From a virus (lineage: Duplodnaviria > Heunggongvirae > Uroviricota > Caudoviricetes): a stretch of 64,000 bases of DNA. Below, one piece after another: positions 32,426-41,788 of this stretch. The first letter of the stretch is position 1. Every line of letters starts with the position of its first letter. The stretch lies in the IMG/VR virus record IMGVR_UViG_3300032294_001260. One strand, given 5' to 3'. The translations under genes and the position numbers were made by a program. The notes beneath the pieces were generated by a model. It was not told where the DNA came from and did not search any database. It saw nothing but the letters and a program-made list of their open reading frames with translations.

Positions 32426-33101
32426 TTAATACTGTTCGCAACTCGTTAGACATAACCTGAACATACTGACTCTTGAGTAGTTTGATTGTTCTCTTTTCTT
32501 CGTTCAATTCAGTTTCATAGTCATAAACATATACGGGTTTATATGTACTTTCCACCGTAAGAGTTGATGTGATTGCAGAATTTGGATCGGAGTTGTTTGC
32601 TCTGAATACCACAGTTTCAGTTACGGGCAGATTCAATGGCTGCAACGTAATTGTGTTTGATGTATATTGATATTGTTCTTGGGTGACGATGTATTTCTCT
32701 GTGGTGGTTGTGGCCAGTCCATTAACCTCAGACAGAGTTTTTTCTACTACCAATTCATAATGATGAATCGTTGAATATGCGCTTGAGATATTCGTATACC
32801 CGTATTGCTTGAGTATTTTATCTTCCAGTTCAGATTGTAATAGTGGGAAATCAAATTGCGGATCTTTTAAATTGTTGACGATACATATAATCCAATGTAG
32901 TGTCGGATCACCGTATTGTTGAAACGCGACAATTTCTGGAGTATCGCCATCTTTTAACTGATATTTGTAGAAGATGACGGCATTATCAAGTATTTCGGGC
33001 TTTGCTCTGAATCTAGCAAATATATTAGTCACAGCCTTCGGGCTGTCGTTCAATAGATTAAATGCGTAAATGGTTTTGGGTAGCGCACTGAAATATTGCA
33101 T
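32418..33101 (-). CDS. gp53: Baseplate wedge subunit, T4 gp53 homologue
   Basis: 227-aa ORF. IVAFQQYGDPTLHWIICIVNNLKDPQFDFP aligns with T4 gp53 LANAIYGNPQLYWVLLMCNDNYDPYYGW. Confidence 0.65.
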   Translation of the reverse strand: MQYFSALPKTIYAFNLLNDSPKAVTNIFARFRAKPEILDNAVIFYKYQLKDGDTPEIVAFQQYGDPTLHWIICIVNNLKDPQFDFPLLQSELEDKILKQYGYTNISSAYSTIHHYELVVEKTLSEVNGLATTTTEKYIVTQEQYQYTSNTITLQPLNLPVTETVVFRANNSDPNSAITSTLTVESTYKPVYVYDYETELNEEKRTIKLLKSQYVQVMSNELRTVLND

Positions 33102-34315
33102 TAGTATGATGCCCCAGAGTAACTGATGTCGTTTCTGCTAATCATAGTGGTTTCGGTGAATGACAGTGTGAGTTTAGTTTCGACTGGGGATCCATCGTAA
33201 TGGGTCGCATATCCATTAGGAGCATAATCCACTTGAATATCATTCAAAACACACTGTTTTGTCTTGAACAAAAATGAATTTTCGTCACCACGGTGGTGGA
33301 ATTCCATGATAAATCTTGCGGGTGGGACGTAAAATCTACCCGAAGTATTGTCATTAATATAGGGTGCAGAATAATATTTGAAGGTGTTTATGATATCTTT
33401 GATCCTCATTGCTTCCGACTGATTTCGAGGAACTAAACGAAAGTCAAAGTTGAAAGTTCTTAGGGTGGGTGAATTGTAAAGCAGTTCCATCTGTGGATTG
33501 ATTGCTTTACCCGTGGTCCCGAATACCAGTAAATTTGTTAATTCTTGGCTGCTCTGTATGCCAGGTAACAGGCCCGCCGCCGTCTGTATAACATATGGAT
33601 CAGTTGCCCCAGCAGATTTACCCTTTACGTCAGCAATAGCCTGAGCAAGAAATCCCGCATTACCCAACACGCTAGTAACACTGATGGCATCATAATCATG
33701 AGAATATCCAGCCCTTAAAGTATCTGGCATGAATAAAACTACGGTATGTTCTGCCCTCAGATCTATGTTTCTTTGAAGCGAGAATCCAGCAAATCGCTGT
33801 TTTAGAACATCTGAAACTGGACCGACACCGACCGCTTTCCCGATTGAATCTGCTATAGATTGACCAGTATTCAAAGCAACATCAGTCAACCCAAAAGAAA
33901 ATTCTGACGCCTGTTGTCTTGTGGCGTCCACGAAATTAAGTATCTCATTGCCGCCCGTCTTTAATGATTTGGTTCTAGGATCATAGGCACCACCTATAGA
34001 TCCAGTGTTAGTATCGTAAATGTAGAAAACCACGTATGGCATTTCCGAGTTTTCCAGTTCCATTGGAAAACTGTAGACCGACGATTTGTTTATTCTGCCT
34101 TGCTCAAGGAACTTGTCTTCGCCGCTGTAGTCTCTTTTTGCGGTAGTGGAGACTTCTTCTGGTGTCTGGGCGTTGGTTGCCGCGCTGGGTAGAGCGACGT
34201 TCCCATTTTTGTCCAAGGTTAGCCACGGTTGAGATGGGTTTATTATACCCGCATTTTGACCGCCGCCCGCAGATGCGGCAAACCAACTCCAAAAAGATTT
34301 TTCTTTTTCTGCCAT
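33101..34315 (-). CDS. Baseplate/tail-tube-associated protein, possibly the gp48-like tail tube cap (tube-protein-like C-terminus)
   Basis: 404-aa ORF. The C-terminal region (MELLYNSPTLRTFNFDFRLVPRNQSEAMRIKDII...RFYVPPARFIMEF) resembles the gp19/48/54 tube fold. The gene assignment is by position only. Confidence 0.4.
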   Translation of the reverse strand: MAEKEKSFWSWFAASAGGGQNAGIINPSQPWLTLDKNGNVALPSAATNAQTPEEVSTTAKRDYSGEDKFLEQGRINKSSVYSFPMELENSEMPYVVFYIYDTNTGSIGGAYDPRTKSLKTGGNEILNFVDATRQQASEFSFGLTDVALNTGQSIADSIGKAVGVGPVSDVLKQRFAGFSLQRNIDLRAEHTVVLFMPDTLRAGYSHDYDAISVTSVLGNAGFLAQAIADVKGKSAGATDPYVIQTAAGLLPGIQSSQELTNLLVFGTTGKAINPQMELLYNSPTLRTFNFDFRLVPRNQSEAMRIKDIINTFKYYSAPYINDNTSGRFYVPPARFIMEFHHRGDENSFLFKTKQCVLNDIQVDYAPNGYATHYDGSPVETKLTLSFTETTMISRNDISYSGASY

Positions 34316-34326
34316 GAAAAGTTCCT

Positions 34327-34334
34327 ATAAATAC
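34327..34334 (+). promoter_or_regulatory. TATAAATA (T4-type late promoter -10 motif) 4 nt upstream of the first plus-strand ATG (34339)
   Basis: Exact TATAAATA on the plus strand in the 23-nt gap between the divergent operons. Confidence 0.35.
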
Positions 34335-34338
34335 GAGT

Positions 34339-34773
34339 ATGGCTTACAGCGGTAAATTTAGTCCAAAAAACACTAATAAATATTTAGGCGATCCTACGAA
34401 CATATGGTTTAGAAGTTTGTGGGAGCGTCGGGTTATGGTTCATCTGGACAGCAATGAAAATGTGATCGGATGGTCTAACGAAGAGATTGTAATCCCCTAT
34501 TTATCGCCAATCGACAACCGTTATCATCGTTATTTTCCAGACTTTTTCATTAAAGTCAGAAACAAAAAGGGTCTAATCGAATCGTTTATTTTGGAAGTCA
34601 AGCCACATAGTCAAGCACAGCCGCCCCAGAAACGCAGTAGAGTCACCAAACAATACATCAAAGAGGTTGCGACTTGGGGCATAAACGAGGCCAAATGGCA
34701 AGCCGCTGTCGAATATTGTAAAGATAGGAACTGGCAGTTTAAAGTCGTCACAGAAAAACACTTAGGAATTTAA
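34339..34773 (+). CDS. PD-(D/E)XK-type nuclease-like protein (TnsA N-terminal-like motif SLWERRVMVHLDSNENVIGWSNEEIVIPY...HRYFPDFFI)
   Basis: 144-aa ORF. The motif pattern resembles TnsA_N / restriction-endonuclease-like fold proteins that are common in phages. Confidence 0.4.
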   Translation: MAYSGKFSPKNTNKYLGDPTNIWFRSLWERRVMVHLDSNENVIGWSNEEIVIPYLSPIDNRYHRYFPDFFIKVRNKKGLIESFILEVKPHSQAQPPQKRSRVTKQYIKEVATWGINEAKWQAAVEYCKDRNWQFKVVTEKHLGI

Positions 34774-35322
34774 ATGGCATCATTACTCGATAAAATGAAG
34801 AAGCAGATGTCTGCCGTCAGTATCAGACCCAGAACGGCTGAGGCTAGATGGTGGTTGGGTGAAAAAATAGCCTCTCTAAGAATTCCCAGCAACAGAAGTA
34901 ATATTCTAAACGACCCCAAAAGAATTTCGTCCAAAACCTTCATTGGGCGAATGTATTTCTATCACTATGACCCAAAATGGAAACACATCCTCCCAGTTTG
35001 GGACAAGTTTCCTCTGGTTATACCCATGGAAATGTATGATGATGGATTTTTGGCCATGAACCTGCACTATCTGGACATTTACAGCAGACTGGCTCTGTTA
35101 GACAAACTGCACGATTTTATTAGCAACACTAAATACAATGACACAACTAGGTTTAATCTATCATATTCTTTGCTTGCCAGTTCGAAGAGGTACAAGTTAT
35201 TCGAACCTTGCATCAAAAGATATCTCTACAGTCACATCATGTCGTCGATAATTTACATTGAACCAGACCAATGGGAAACGGCGATTTTCCTACCAACAGA
35301 AAAGATGATCTATAAACGATAA
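34774..35322 (+). CDS. Hypothetical protein
   Basis: 182-aa ORF, abutting both neighbours (ATGA-type junctions). Confidence 0.4.
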   Translation: MASLLDKMKKQMSAVSIRPRTAEARWWLGEKIASLRIPSNRSNILNDPKRISSKTFIGRMYFYHYDPKWKHILPVWDKFPLVIPMEMYDDGFLAMNLHYLDIYSRLALLDKLHDFISNTKYNDTTRFNLSYSLLASSKRYKLFEPCIKRYLYSHIMSSIIYIEPDQWETAIFLPTEKMIYKR

Positions 35323-36188
35323 TGGCAGAAAATTCAACGACAGTGCCTCTTGTTAGCACCAACCCAGATCAGTCGCTGCAGACATTTATGGGGCAAGACT
35401 TCTTAAAGTCTTCCCAATTTATGTTTATGATGCCAGTTCTGCCCTTTGACTATAGTCTGATCTCAGCAAAAAGCCCTCGCGGGTTTTCTATGTTCTGCGA
35501 GTCCGTAGAGTTCCCTGGAAAAAACTCCGTCGGCGTGGATTATAAGATTCCAGGTAGGAATAAGATAAAGGTTCCCTATTCACGTGAATACCCAGAAGTC
35601 ACCATGACTTTCATTCACAATGTCGAGATCCCAGTCTATGATATTTTCACTTACTGGATAGATTTTATTACACAAGATTTCAATAGCGTAGAGACTCGAT
35701 ACTTTGATGAAGTTGTGTCCGATTTTACTCTATTCCAATATACAGAATTTCCCGCCGCACCATACGGTAAATTTAAAGGATTGAATTCGATATTGAATTC
35801 CATCGACAAAATAAACAGATATTTTTTCGATAGTTCTAAACTATTCAAATTCACTGATATCGGGCAGGAGTTCATAAACAACGTCAACAACGTATCTAAT
35901 CTGAATGTATCAAAACAACCATACTACACGATCACATTCAAGGACGCTTATCCATTAAGCATTGCGCCAATGACCGCCAACTGGGCTGATGATGGATTTC
36001 ATAGATTATCGGTGACGTTTACATACGAGTCGTATTCAGTCAACGACGCAACAACCAAGAGTAACAAGATCAGTGAATTGGAAAACGTGAAACTGAAAAG
36101 CAAAAAAATTGCTAATGCATTGAATTCGTTGGACGGTATTATTTCTTCCACAACCAACCCTGGTGGCGGCTACACTGGTAAATCATGA
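35322..36188 (+). CDS. Tail-tube family protein (gp19/gp48/gp54 superfamily); likely baseplate tail-tube initiator/cap
   Basis: 288-aa ORF. The N-terminal motif SSQFMFMMPVLPFDYS matches the tube-family signature (T4 gp54 NNMFSCVFATTP; gp19 NLFQVEI). Confidence 0.5.
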   Translation: MAENSTTVPLVSTNPDQSLQTFMGQDFLKSSQFMFMMPVLPFDYSLISAKSPRGFSMFCESVEFPGKNSVGVDYKIPGRNKIKVPYSREYPEVTMTFIHNVEIPVYDIFTYWIDFITQDFNSVETRYFDEVVSDFTLFQYTEFPAAPYGKFKGLNSILNSIDKINRYFFDSSKLFKFTDIGQEFINNVNNVSNLNVSKQPYYTITFKDAYPLSIAPMTANWADDGFHRLSVTFTYESYSVNDATTKSNKISELENVKLKSKKIANALNSLDGIISSTTNPGGGYTGKS

Positions 36189-36200
36189 TGAGGTATTATT

Positions 36201-36959
36201 ATGCCATTGCCTAAAATAAGTCTACCCGTATTTGAATTGAAAATTGTCACTAGAGAAGATCCGATAAAGTTCAGACCTTTTCTAGTCAAAGAAGAAAAAC
36301 TGTTGCTGATGGCTCTACAGAGCGAAGACAGCCAGACAATTCTCAAAACAATCAAGCAAGTCATCAACAATTGCTTGATTGACGATATTAATATAGACGA
36401 CATTCCAATTTTTGATATCGAATATTTGTTCTTGAACTTGAGAGCAAGATCGGTCGGAGAAAAACTGGATACCAATTTTTTATGTCAAAACATAGTGCGA
36501 ACAACTCAAGACGATGCGGGTAATGAGATTCCAGTTCAGTGCCAGAACTTGATGGAGGTTTCTATCAATCTCCTTGAAGTTGTGCCACCATTTGTTCCAA
36601 CAAAACCAAACAAAATTCAATTCACTAACACGGTTGGAATTCAGTTAAAGTATCCGACAATTGGTGAATTTGTTGATGTAGAGGGTCTTCTATTTTCGGA
36701 AGACAATGATCAGGTCTATGACTTGATCATGGAATGCTCGGAATATGTCTACGATGAGACCAGCCTTTACTATACCAAAGAAACGACCAAAGAAGAATTC
36801 TATACATTCCTAGAGAGTCTGACTCAAGAACAGTTTGATAAGATCCTAGAGTTTTTGCAGAATTTACCTAAACTGAAACTGGACATAGAACATAAATGCG
36901 GGAAATGTGGGTTCGACCACAAATTGCATTTGGAGGGTCTCAACGATTTTTTTACCTAA
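36201..36959 (+). CDS. gp26: Baseplate hub subunit, T4 gp26 homologue
   Basis: 252-aa ORF. IPIFDIEYLFLNLRARSVGE aligns with T4 gp26 LPLYDFEYLFLQIRKHSVGE. KYPTIGEF aligns with RQPTIKDL. The C-terminal zinc ribbon KCGKCGFDHKLHLEGLNDFF aligns with CPKCGKEHDVYLRGTKHFL. Confidence 0.75.
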   Translation: MPLPKISLPVFELKIVTREDPIKFRPFLVKEEKLLLMALQSEDSQTILKTIKQVINNCLIDDINIDDIPIFDIEYLFLNLRARSVGEKLDTNFLCQNIVRTTQDDAGNEIPVQCQNLMEVSINLLEVVPPFVPTKPNKIQFTNTVGIQLKYPTIGEFVDVEGLLFSEDNDQVYDLIMECSEYVYDETSLYYTKETTKEEFYTFLESLTQEQFDKILEFLQNLPKLKLDIEHKCGKCGFDHKLHLEGLNDFFT

Positions 36960-36997
36960 CCTTTCGTAATGCTTCTCTGAAAAACTACTACAATAAC

Positions 36998-37174
36998 ATG
37001 TTCACATTAACTCACCAGTACAAATATACGCTGACAGAGTTAGAGAACATGTTGCCGTGGGAGCGTGATATGTATATCACAATGGTAAATACTTGGGTTA
37101 AAGAAGAAACCGAGAGAGTCAAACAAACTGAAGAATCGCTGAAGAAATTATTTAAAGGCAACAGACGAAGATAA
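36998..37174 (+). CDS. Small hypothetical protein (MFTLTHQYKYTLTELENMLPWERDMYITMVNTWVKEETERVKQTEESLKKLFKGNRRR)
   Basis: Internal ATG of ORF 36896..37174. The upstream part overlaps gp26 in another frame. ATGTCA overlaps the next gene start. Confidence 0.3.
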   Translation: MFTLTHQYKYTLTELENMLPWERDMYITMVNTWVKEETERVKQTEESLKKLFKGNRRR

Positions 37175-39615
37175 TGTCACTAACATTACTAGCAACAAAA
37201 CTATACACAATCAAGTCGAGAAAAAATTCCACACTCGCTTCAGCATTTTCAACCATGCTGAAGGAAGATTTGGCGATGCGATTGTCTGTATATAATCTCG
37301 TTAGAATTATAACTCGATCAGAATTTTTAGCGACCGTTGCTCAAGCCAAATATGGTAAAAGAACGCCGTTGGAAAAAGAAGAGTTTACTCAAGAAAAAAG
37401 AAGACAAGAGAACGATGCTAAATTTAAGAAATATACCTTAAACTCAATAGCAAATCTGAACAATAAAATAAACACTTTAGTCGCTATTTCTGAAAGGAAT
37501 ACCGCACTCATTACTAATCTATATTCTGAATTGGGTGCGTACAAAAATAAAAAGACTCCGAATTATGCTTCTCTGAATAACATCAAAGATCCGACAGCCG
37601 TTCGCATACTGACTAGGTCAAAGACTGTCAAAGGTCAACTAGATGAGATAAACAGTAAGTTGGCTAGTTTATCTCAAAATAAAATGCCGTTCACCAAAAA
37701 AATGGCATCTAAGAAGCAAGAACCTAAAAAAGAAGAAGATCTCGCCAATAAAATATTCTCGATTCTGAGTAGACGCTCAGTGATAAATGCGCTGGTCAAA
37801 GGATTGGGTCCGTTAGTTGCGGCATCTTTGATTAATGCTGGTATTCACTCAACCAAAAGAGAAATTCAAAGAAGAACGGGAGTACCCGAAGATCAGATTG
37901 AAGGCAGTAATCCTTATAATCAGGTAACCGATAAATGGGTAATGGGTGCTGGTGCGCTCGGTGTTGGATATCTGGCATTGAAACTAAGAAAAATGTACAA
38001 ATATTTTAAGACGCCAGCAGTTAAAATTCCTCCGCCAACTGCACCGTCCGCCCCGATGACTAGAGTGCCGCCACCAGTCGCTCCGAATCCCACCGCACCA
38101 ACTGCACCGCCATCCAGAGCGGTGAGACCGCCAGCGCCATCGACCATGGCACAGCGATTTGTAGATCGAAATGGAAAACCGTTGCGCGGTGCTGCACTAA
38201 GATCTGCTCAAGAAAAAGCCGCCAAATTAGAAGCAAAGGCATTTAGCAGTGTCGCGGAATACAGGCAAACCCTGATTAGATCAAGATTGGGGAATGCGTT
38301 GCGCAGCGCTGGAAGAATCTTTGGAACTGGGCCACAGACAATAGCCCTTGTAATGCAAGGCGCTGCTGAAATGGCTAGCGGTAGAGCGGGTAAAGAAGTT
38401 CACGATCAGATGCAAAATATTGCCAAAAAATTTGGCATTAGATTTATTCGTGCTGAAAATGGAACTCCAATCTACGAAATAAATGGTCAACAATATATCA
38501 GCCAAAATCTACCACCAGAATACCAAGTCATTTTAGATGCGTATATCGGTGATACTCGGTCTGGGTCAGCGCGTTTAGCCAGAGAAAAAATTGCAGCAAA
38601 CCCAGCATTATACAATTCATTAATTGTGCAAGGTCCACCCGTTGTAGAGAAAAGTGGAATCGAATCTTCCGTTATCGCAGCCGCAAAAGCGGCGACTATA
38701 TCAGTGCCAGAACCTTCTATGAGGGATGCTGGGGCGGTTTCCGCGCCTAGACCAGTCGGAACCGCGACTGATCTAGGAACGCTCCCGAGCGCATCATATG
38801 CGCCGAATCAGCCAGTTGGCACAGAAACAGTAAAACAAATCATAGTACAGGCGGCGAACCTAGTTGGAGTCGATCCCGCAATCATGTTGGCTATGGGTGA
38901 AAATGAAAGTTCTTTCGACCCAAATGCCGTGCCAATAGATCCTAAGACTGGAAAAATCATAGGAAGCGCGAAAGGTCTGTTCCAATTTCTGAATGCTACA
39001 TGGAATGATATGATCAAAAATTACGCTAAACAGTATCCAGAACTCCATAGAGGTCCATTCGATCCTATGGCTAATGCTATTGCGGGCGCTTTGTATGCAA
39101 AAGAAAACGTGCGTATATTAAGAAAGAAAAAAATTCCAGTGACAGGCACAACCGTTTATGGTGCACATTTTCTAGGTGCGGGTGGTGCTACTAAATTATT
39201 TTCAGCGCCACCGAATGCATTAGCGGTGCGAGTTTTCCCTAAAGAAGCCGAGAATAATCCTTGGGTATTCAAAAATAAAGATGGATCCAGTAAAACCATT
39301 CAAGAGATCATAGATTATTTGTATAGGAAAGTTGGTTCAAAGGCTGAAAAATATAAAGCAGACCTCGTTCGAATTAGACCGCCGCCGATGGTCGCATCAA
39401 ACCAAAACCAGATGATCTCTACTCCTCCGATGTCATCTCAATCAGCGACTTCAAATGATATGAGAGCAGAAGCAACTTCAATTGCTGCACTGGCTGGTGT
39501 GAATGCACTATCAGAACAAGTTTCGGCTGGATTTAAAGAAGTTATCAGGGATCGAGCATTCAATCAACCAGATGACCCTTCTTGCGAAAATCCTGAATTG
39601 AAGTACTACATGTAA
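37174..39615 (+). CDS. Tape-measure-like / hub protein with N-terminal coiled coil, TM segment, Pro-rich linker and C-terminal lytic transglycosylase (SLT) domain; plausible gp29 analogue
   Basis: 813-aa ORF. A proline-rich run PPPTAPSAPMTRVPPPVAPNPTAPTAPPSRAVRPPAP is present. The SLT signature is GENESSFDPNAVP...SAKGLFQFLNATWND. It follows gp26 and a tube-family gene. Confidence 0.6.
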   Translation: MSLTLLATKLYTIKSRKNSTLASAFSTMLKEDLAMRLSVYNLVRIITRSEFLATVAQAKYGKRTPLEKEEFTQEKRRQENDAKFKKYTLNSIANLNNKINTLVAISERNTALITNLYSELGAYKNKKTPNYASLNNIKDPTAVRILTRSKTVKGQLDEINSKLASLSQNKMPFTKKMASKKQEPKKEEDLANKIFSILSRRSVINALVKGLGPLVAASLINAGIHSTKREIQRRTGVPEDQIEGSNPYNQVTDKWVMGAGALGVGYLALKLRKMYKYFKTPAVKIPPPTAPSAPMTRVPPPVAPNPTAPTAPPSRAVRPPAPSTMAQRFVDRNGKPLRGAALRSAQEKAAKLEAKAFSSVAEYRQTLIRSRLGNALRSAGRIFGTGPQTIALVMQGAAEMASGRAGKEVHDQMQNIAKKFGIRFIRAENGTPIYEINGQQYISQNLPPEYQVILDAYIGDTRSGSARLAREKIAANPALYNSLIVQGPPVVEKSGIESSVIAAAKAATISVPEPSMRDAGAVSAPRPVGTATDLGTLPSASYAPNQPVGTETVKQIIVQAANLVGVDPAIMLAMGENESSFDPNAVPIDPKTGKIIGSAKGLFQFLNATWNDMIKNYAKQYPELHRGPFDPMANAIAGALYAKENVRILRKKKIPVTGTTVYGAHFLGAGGATKLFSAPPNALAVRVFPKEAENNPWVFKNKDGSSKTIQEIIDYLYRKVGSKAEKYKADLVRIRPPPMVASNQNQMISTPPMSSQSATSNDMRAEATSIAALAGVNALSEQVSAGFKEVIRDRAFNQPDDPSCENPELKYYM

Positions 39616-39644
39616 AAAAAAGAGGGGCTGTTTCCAGCCCCTCT
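39613..39644. terminator. Bidirectional rho-independent terminator hairpin (AGAGGGGCUG-UUUC-CAGCCCCUCU) between convergent genes; the U8 tract is on the minus-strand (gp32) side
   Basis: 10-bp GC-rich perfect stem at 39621-39644, flanked by A8 on the plus strand, which reads as U8 for the minus-strand transcript. Confidence 0.75.
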
Positions 39645-39688
39645 GAAACTTCAACTTAAACGCACTCCGTGCTTATTGAAGAAGTTTA

Positions 39689-40585
39689 TTACTCAGCAGC
39701 CAACTTCTCGAAGAAGGACATGTCATCATCATCAACGGTGACTTCTTCAGCAGTGACCCTCTTAGCGGGAGCAGAGCGAACGGCGGGAGCGGGTGCTTCC
39801 TCATCGTCAACTCGCTTGGCTGTTGCACCAGCAACACCACCAGCGCCGAGAACCTTGTCCAACTTCGCCTTGAGTTCATCATAGGTCTTGAAGTTCTCGG
39901 GCTTCAAGAAATCCTTGAGTGAATAGGCAGACTTCCAGACCTTTTCGATCTTGTCATCGTCACCATCAAACAATGCAGACTGAGCGTCAAACTCAGACTT
40001 ATCATAGTTGCGATAGCCTTCGTAGTTGCGGATCTTCAACTTGAAGTTTGCACCTTTCCAGAAATCGAAAGGATTCATTGGCTTCTCATCCTCAAACTCT
40101 GGGGCGATCTTCGCGTTGATCTTTTCGTAGATCTTCTTACCATACTTGAACAAGAAAACCTTACCCTCATTATCTGGGCGCTTCGGATCAGAGACAACAA
40201 GAATATTGCTAATATACGCCAGACGACGCTTCTGCTTACGAGCGATTTCCTTGTTTGCTTCGATGCCGCTGTTCCAGAGCACAGAATTGTACTCAGAAAC
40301 TGGATCGTTCTTGCCGAGGGTAGTCAAAGAATTTTCGATATACCAACCACCTGGACCCTGAAACCCGTGATTCCAAATTTGGACCCACGGAAGCCCATCT
40401 TCACCGTCAACGGCTGGCGTATCGAGGAAACGGATGACTGCATAACCGTTACCAGATGCATCGACTTCGGGTGACCAAAAACGATCATCAACATTCTTAC
40501 CACCACCGTTACCAGAAGCGGCGGCGTCTACAGCCCTCTTCAACTTATCAAGGGATGAACCCTTCTTTAGATTACTTAGTGACAT
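39689..40585 (-). CDS. gp32: Single-stranded DNA-binding protein, T4 gp32 homologue
   Basis: 298-aa ORF. GNGYAVIRFL aligns with T4 GNGQAVIRFL. IWNHGF aligns with LVNHGF. AYISNILVVSDPKRPDNEGKVFLFKYGKKIYEKINAKIA aligns with [39 protein letters not shown]. Acidic C-terminal tail. Confidence 0.9.
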   Translation of the reverse strand: MSLSNLKKGSSLDKLKRAVDAAASGNGGGKNVDDRFWSPEVDASGNGYAVIRFLDTPAVDGEDGLPWVQIWNHGFQGPGGWYIENSLTTLGKNDPVSEYNSVLWNSGIEANKEIARKQKRRLAYISNILVVSDPKRPDNEGKVFLFKYGKKIYEKINAKIAPEFEDEKPMNPFDFWKGANFKLKIRNYEGYRNYDKSEFDAQSALFDGDDDKIEKVWKSAYSLKDFLKPENFKTYDELKAKLDKVLGAGGVAGATAKRVDDEEAPAPAVRSAPAKRVTAEEVTVDDDDMSFFEKLAAE

Positions 40586-40653
40586 ATGTATTACTCCTTA
40601 TTGCGTTGTATGAATTGTATTTCGTCTTATCCACTTTCTTCATTGCCATAACA

Positions 40654-41124
40654 CTATATAGCAGAATTCTTTGAAAGTAAAGTTTTATGTTTATTCTTGG
40701 TTCTAATATTACTTTCACGAATTTTTCTTTTTGTTTCCTCTGAATGTTTGCGCCCAATCCTACTTGCAGCCATATTTTTTCTTGCTTGCTCAGTCCTCAT
40801 AGCAACACTTATTCTTTTTCTTGTTTCTTCTGATTTAGGTATACCTTTAGTTGCTTCGCTCAGTTTTCTTTTGTGTTCTTCAGAAAGAACTGCGCCCTTT
40901 CTTCGTTTGTTTGATTCTATTCTTGCTTGCCTTGCAGCCTCAGCAAAAGTAATTTGACCACTCAATGTTTTCCACGCAAGTTTATCTTGCCAACGACCAT
41001 GTTCTTCGAACAACTTCCGATGTGCTTCGGCGTGTTCTTCGACTGTGAGTTCGATAAGATTAGATGGATCGTCTGTTCCTCCCATGTGGCGAGGGACGAT
41101 ATGATGCTTGTGATAAATAGACAT
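40654..41124 (-). CDS. HNH homing endonuclease with NUMOD-like repeats, inserted between gp32 and gp59
   Basis: 156-aa ORF. The HNH core is HHIVPRHMGGTDDPSNLIELTVEEHAEAH. Three NUMOD-like repeats are present (HKRKLSEATKG, EETRKRISVAM, EETKRKIRESN). Confidence 0.8.
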   Translation of the reverse strand: MSIYHKHHIVPRHMGGTDDPSNLIELTVEEHAEAHRKLFEEHGRWQDKLAWKTLSGQITFAEAARQARIESNKRRKGAVLSEEHKRKLSEATKGIPKSEETRKRISVAMRTEQARKNMAASRIGRKHSEETKRKIRESNIRTKNKHKTLLSKNSAI

Positions 41125-41187
41125 GCTGGAATACTCCTTTACAGTTTCTAGAGCAGGTGGATGTTAGCGCATCGCGACCTGCATCTC

Positions 41188-41195
41188 TATTTATA
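41188..41195 (-). promoter_or_regulatory. TATAAATA late-promoter-like motif (minus strand) 64 nt upstream of the HNH gene start
   Basis: The plus strand reads tatttata. Confidence 0.3.
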
Positions 41196-41787
41196 CATCC
41201 AGAAGAATTTTCTTGGTCAACTCCTTGTACTTTTTAGTGTCTACAGACAAAAACGCACCATACTTACGAATCTTTCTACTAATCTTTGGGTAGATGATGT
41301 CGTCTGAAATCTTCTTATCCCAAATTCTTATAAAGTCAAAAATATTGTTGAGTATCACCATTGTTTCGATGGTAATTTGCTTTTGCATAAAACACATCAA
41401 CAATCTCGGGAACTGTCCATCTTCAACTTTAAACAAACTGTTAAATTCTTTTGGATCTGGGCAGATCGTTTGTAGATCTTCCAGATAGATCTTGCTCATG
41501 GAATCTGTAATTCTTCTCCACTCTTTATATTTTTCCTCAGCACCCTCTTCAAGCAAATCTTTAGTCCAGCCGTGATCACCGTATACAAAATTAGCAACCA
41601 AAAATGGAACCATCTGATCATCGTTATATTTACGTGCAAGACGATGGAACAGAAACTTGTCACGGCGTTTTTCGAATGCGTCCACAGAGACGCGAGTTTT
41701 CCCGTCATATTGAAAGAAGTTGTATTTTTCATTGGTAAAGTGAAGTTTGATTGCTTGATATGTGCAGTACAAGTTATAGCCGTTCAT
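41191..41787 (-). CDS. gp59: Helicase loader, T4 gp59 homologue
   Basis: 198-aa ORF. YNLYCTYQAIKLHFTNEKYNFFQYDGKTRVSVDAFEKRRDKFLFHRLARKY aligns with T4 gp59 YKLYLMIKQHMNGKYDVIKYNWCMRVSDAAYQKRRDKYFFQKLSEKY. Confidence 0.8.
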   Translation of the reverse strand: MNGYNLYCTYQAIKLHFTNEKYNFFQYDGKTRVSVDAFEKRRDKFLFHRLARKYNDDQMVPFLVANFVYGDHGWTKDLLEEGAEEKYKEWRRITDSMSKIYLEDLQTICPDPKEFNSLFKVEDGQFPRLLMCFMQKQITIETMVILNNIFDFIRIWDKKISDDIIYPKISRKIRKYGAFLSVDTKKYKELTKKILLDV

Positions 41788-41788
41788 A

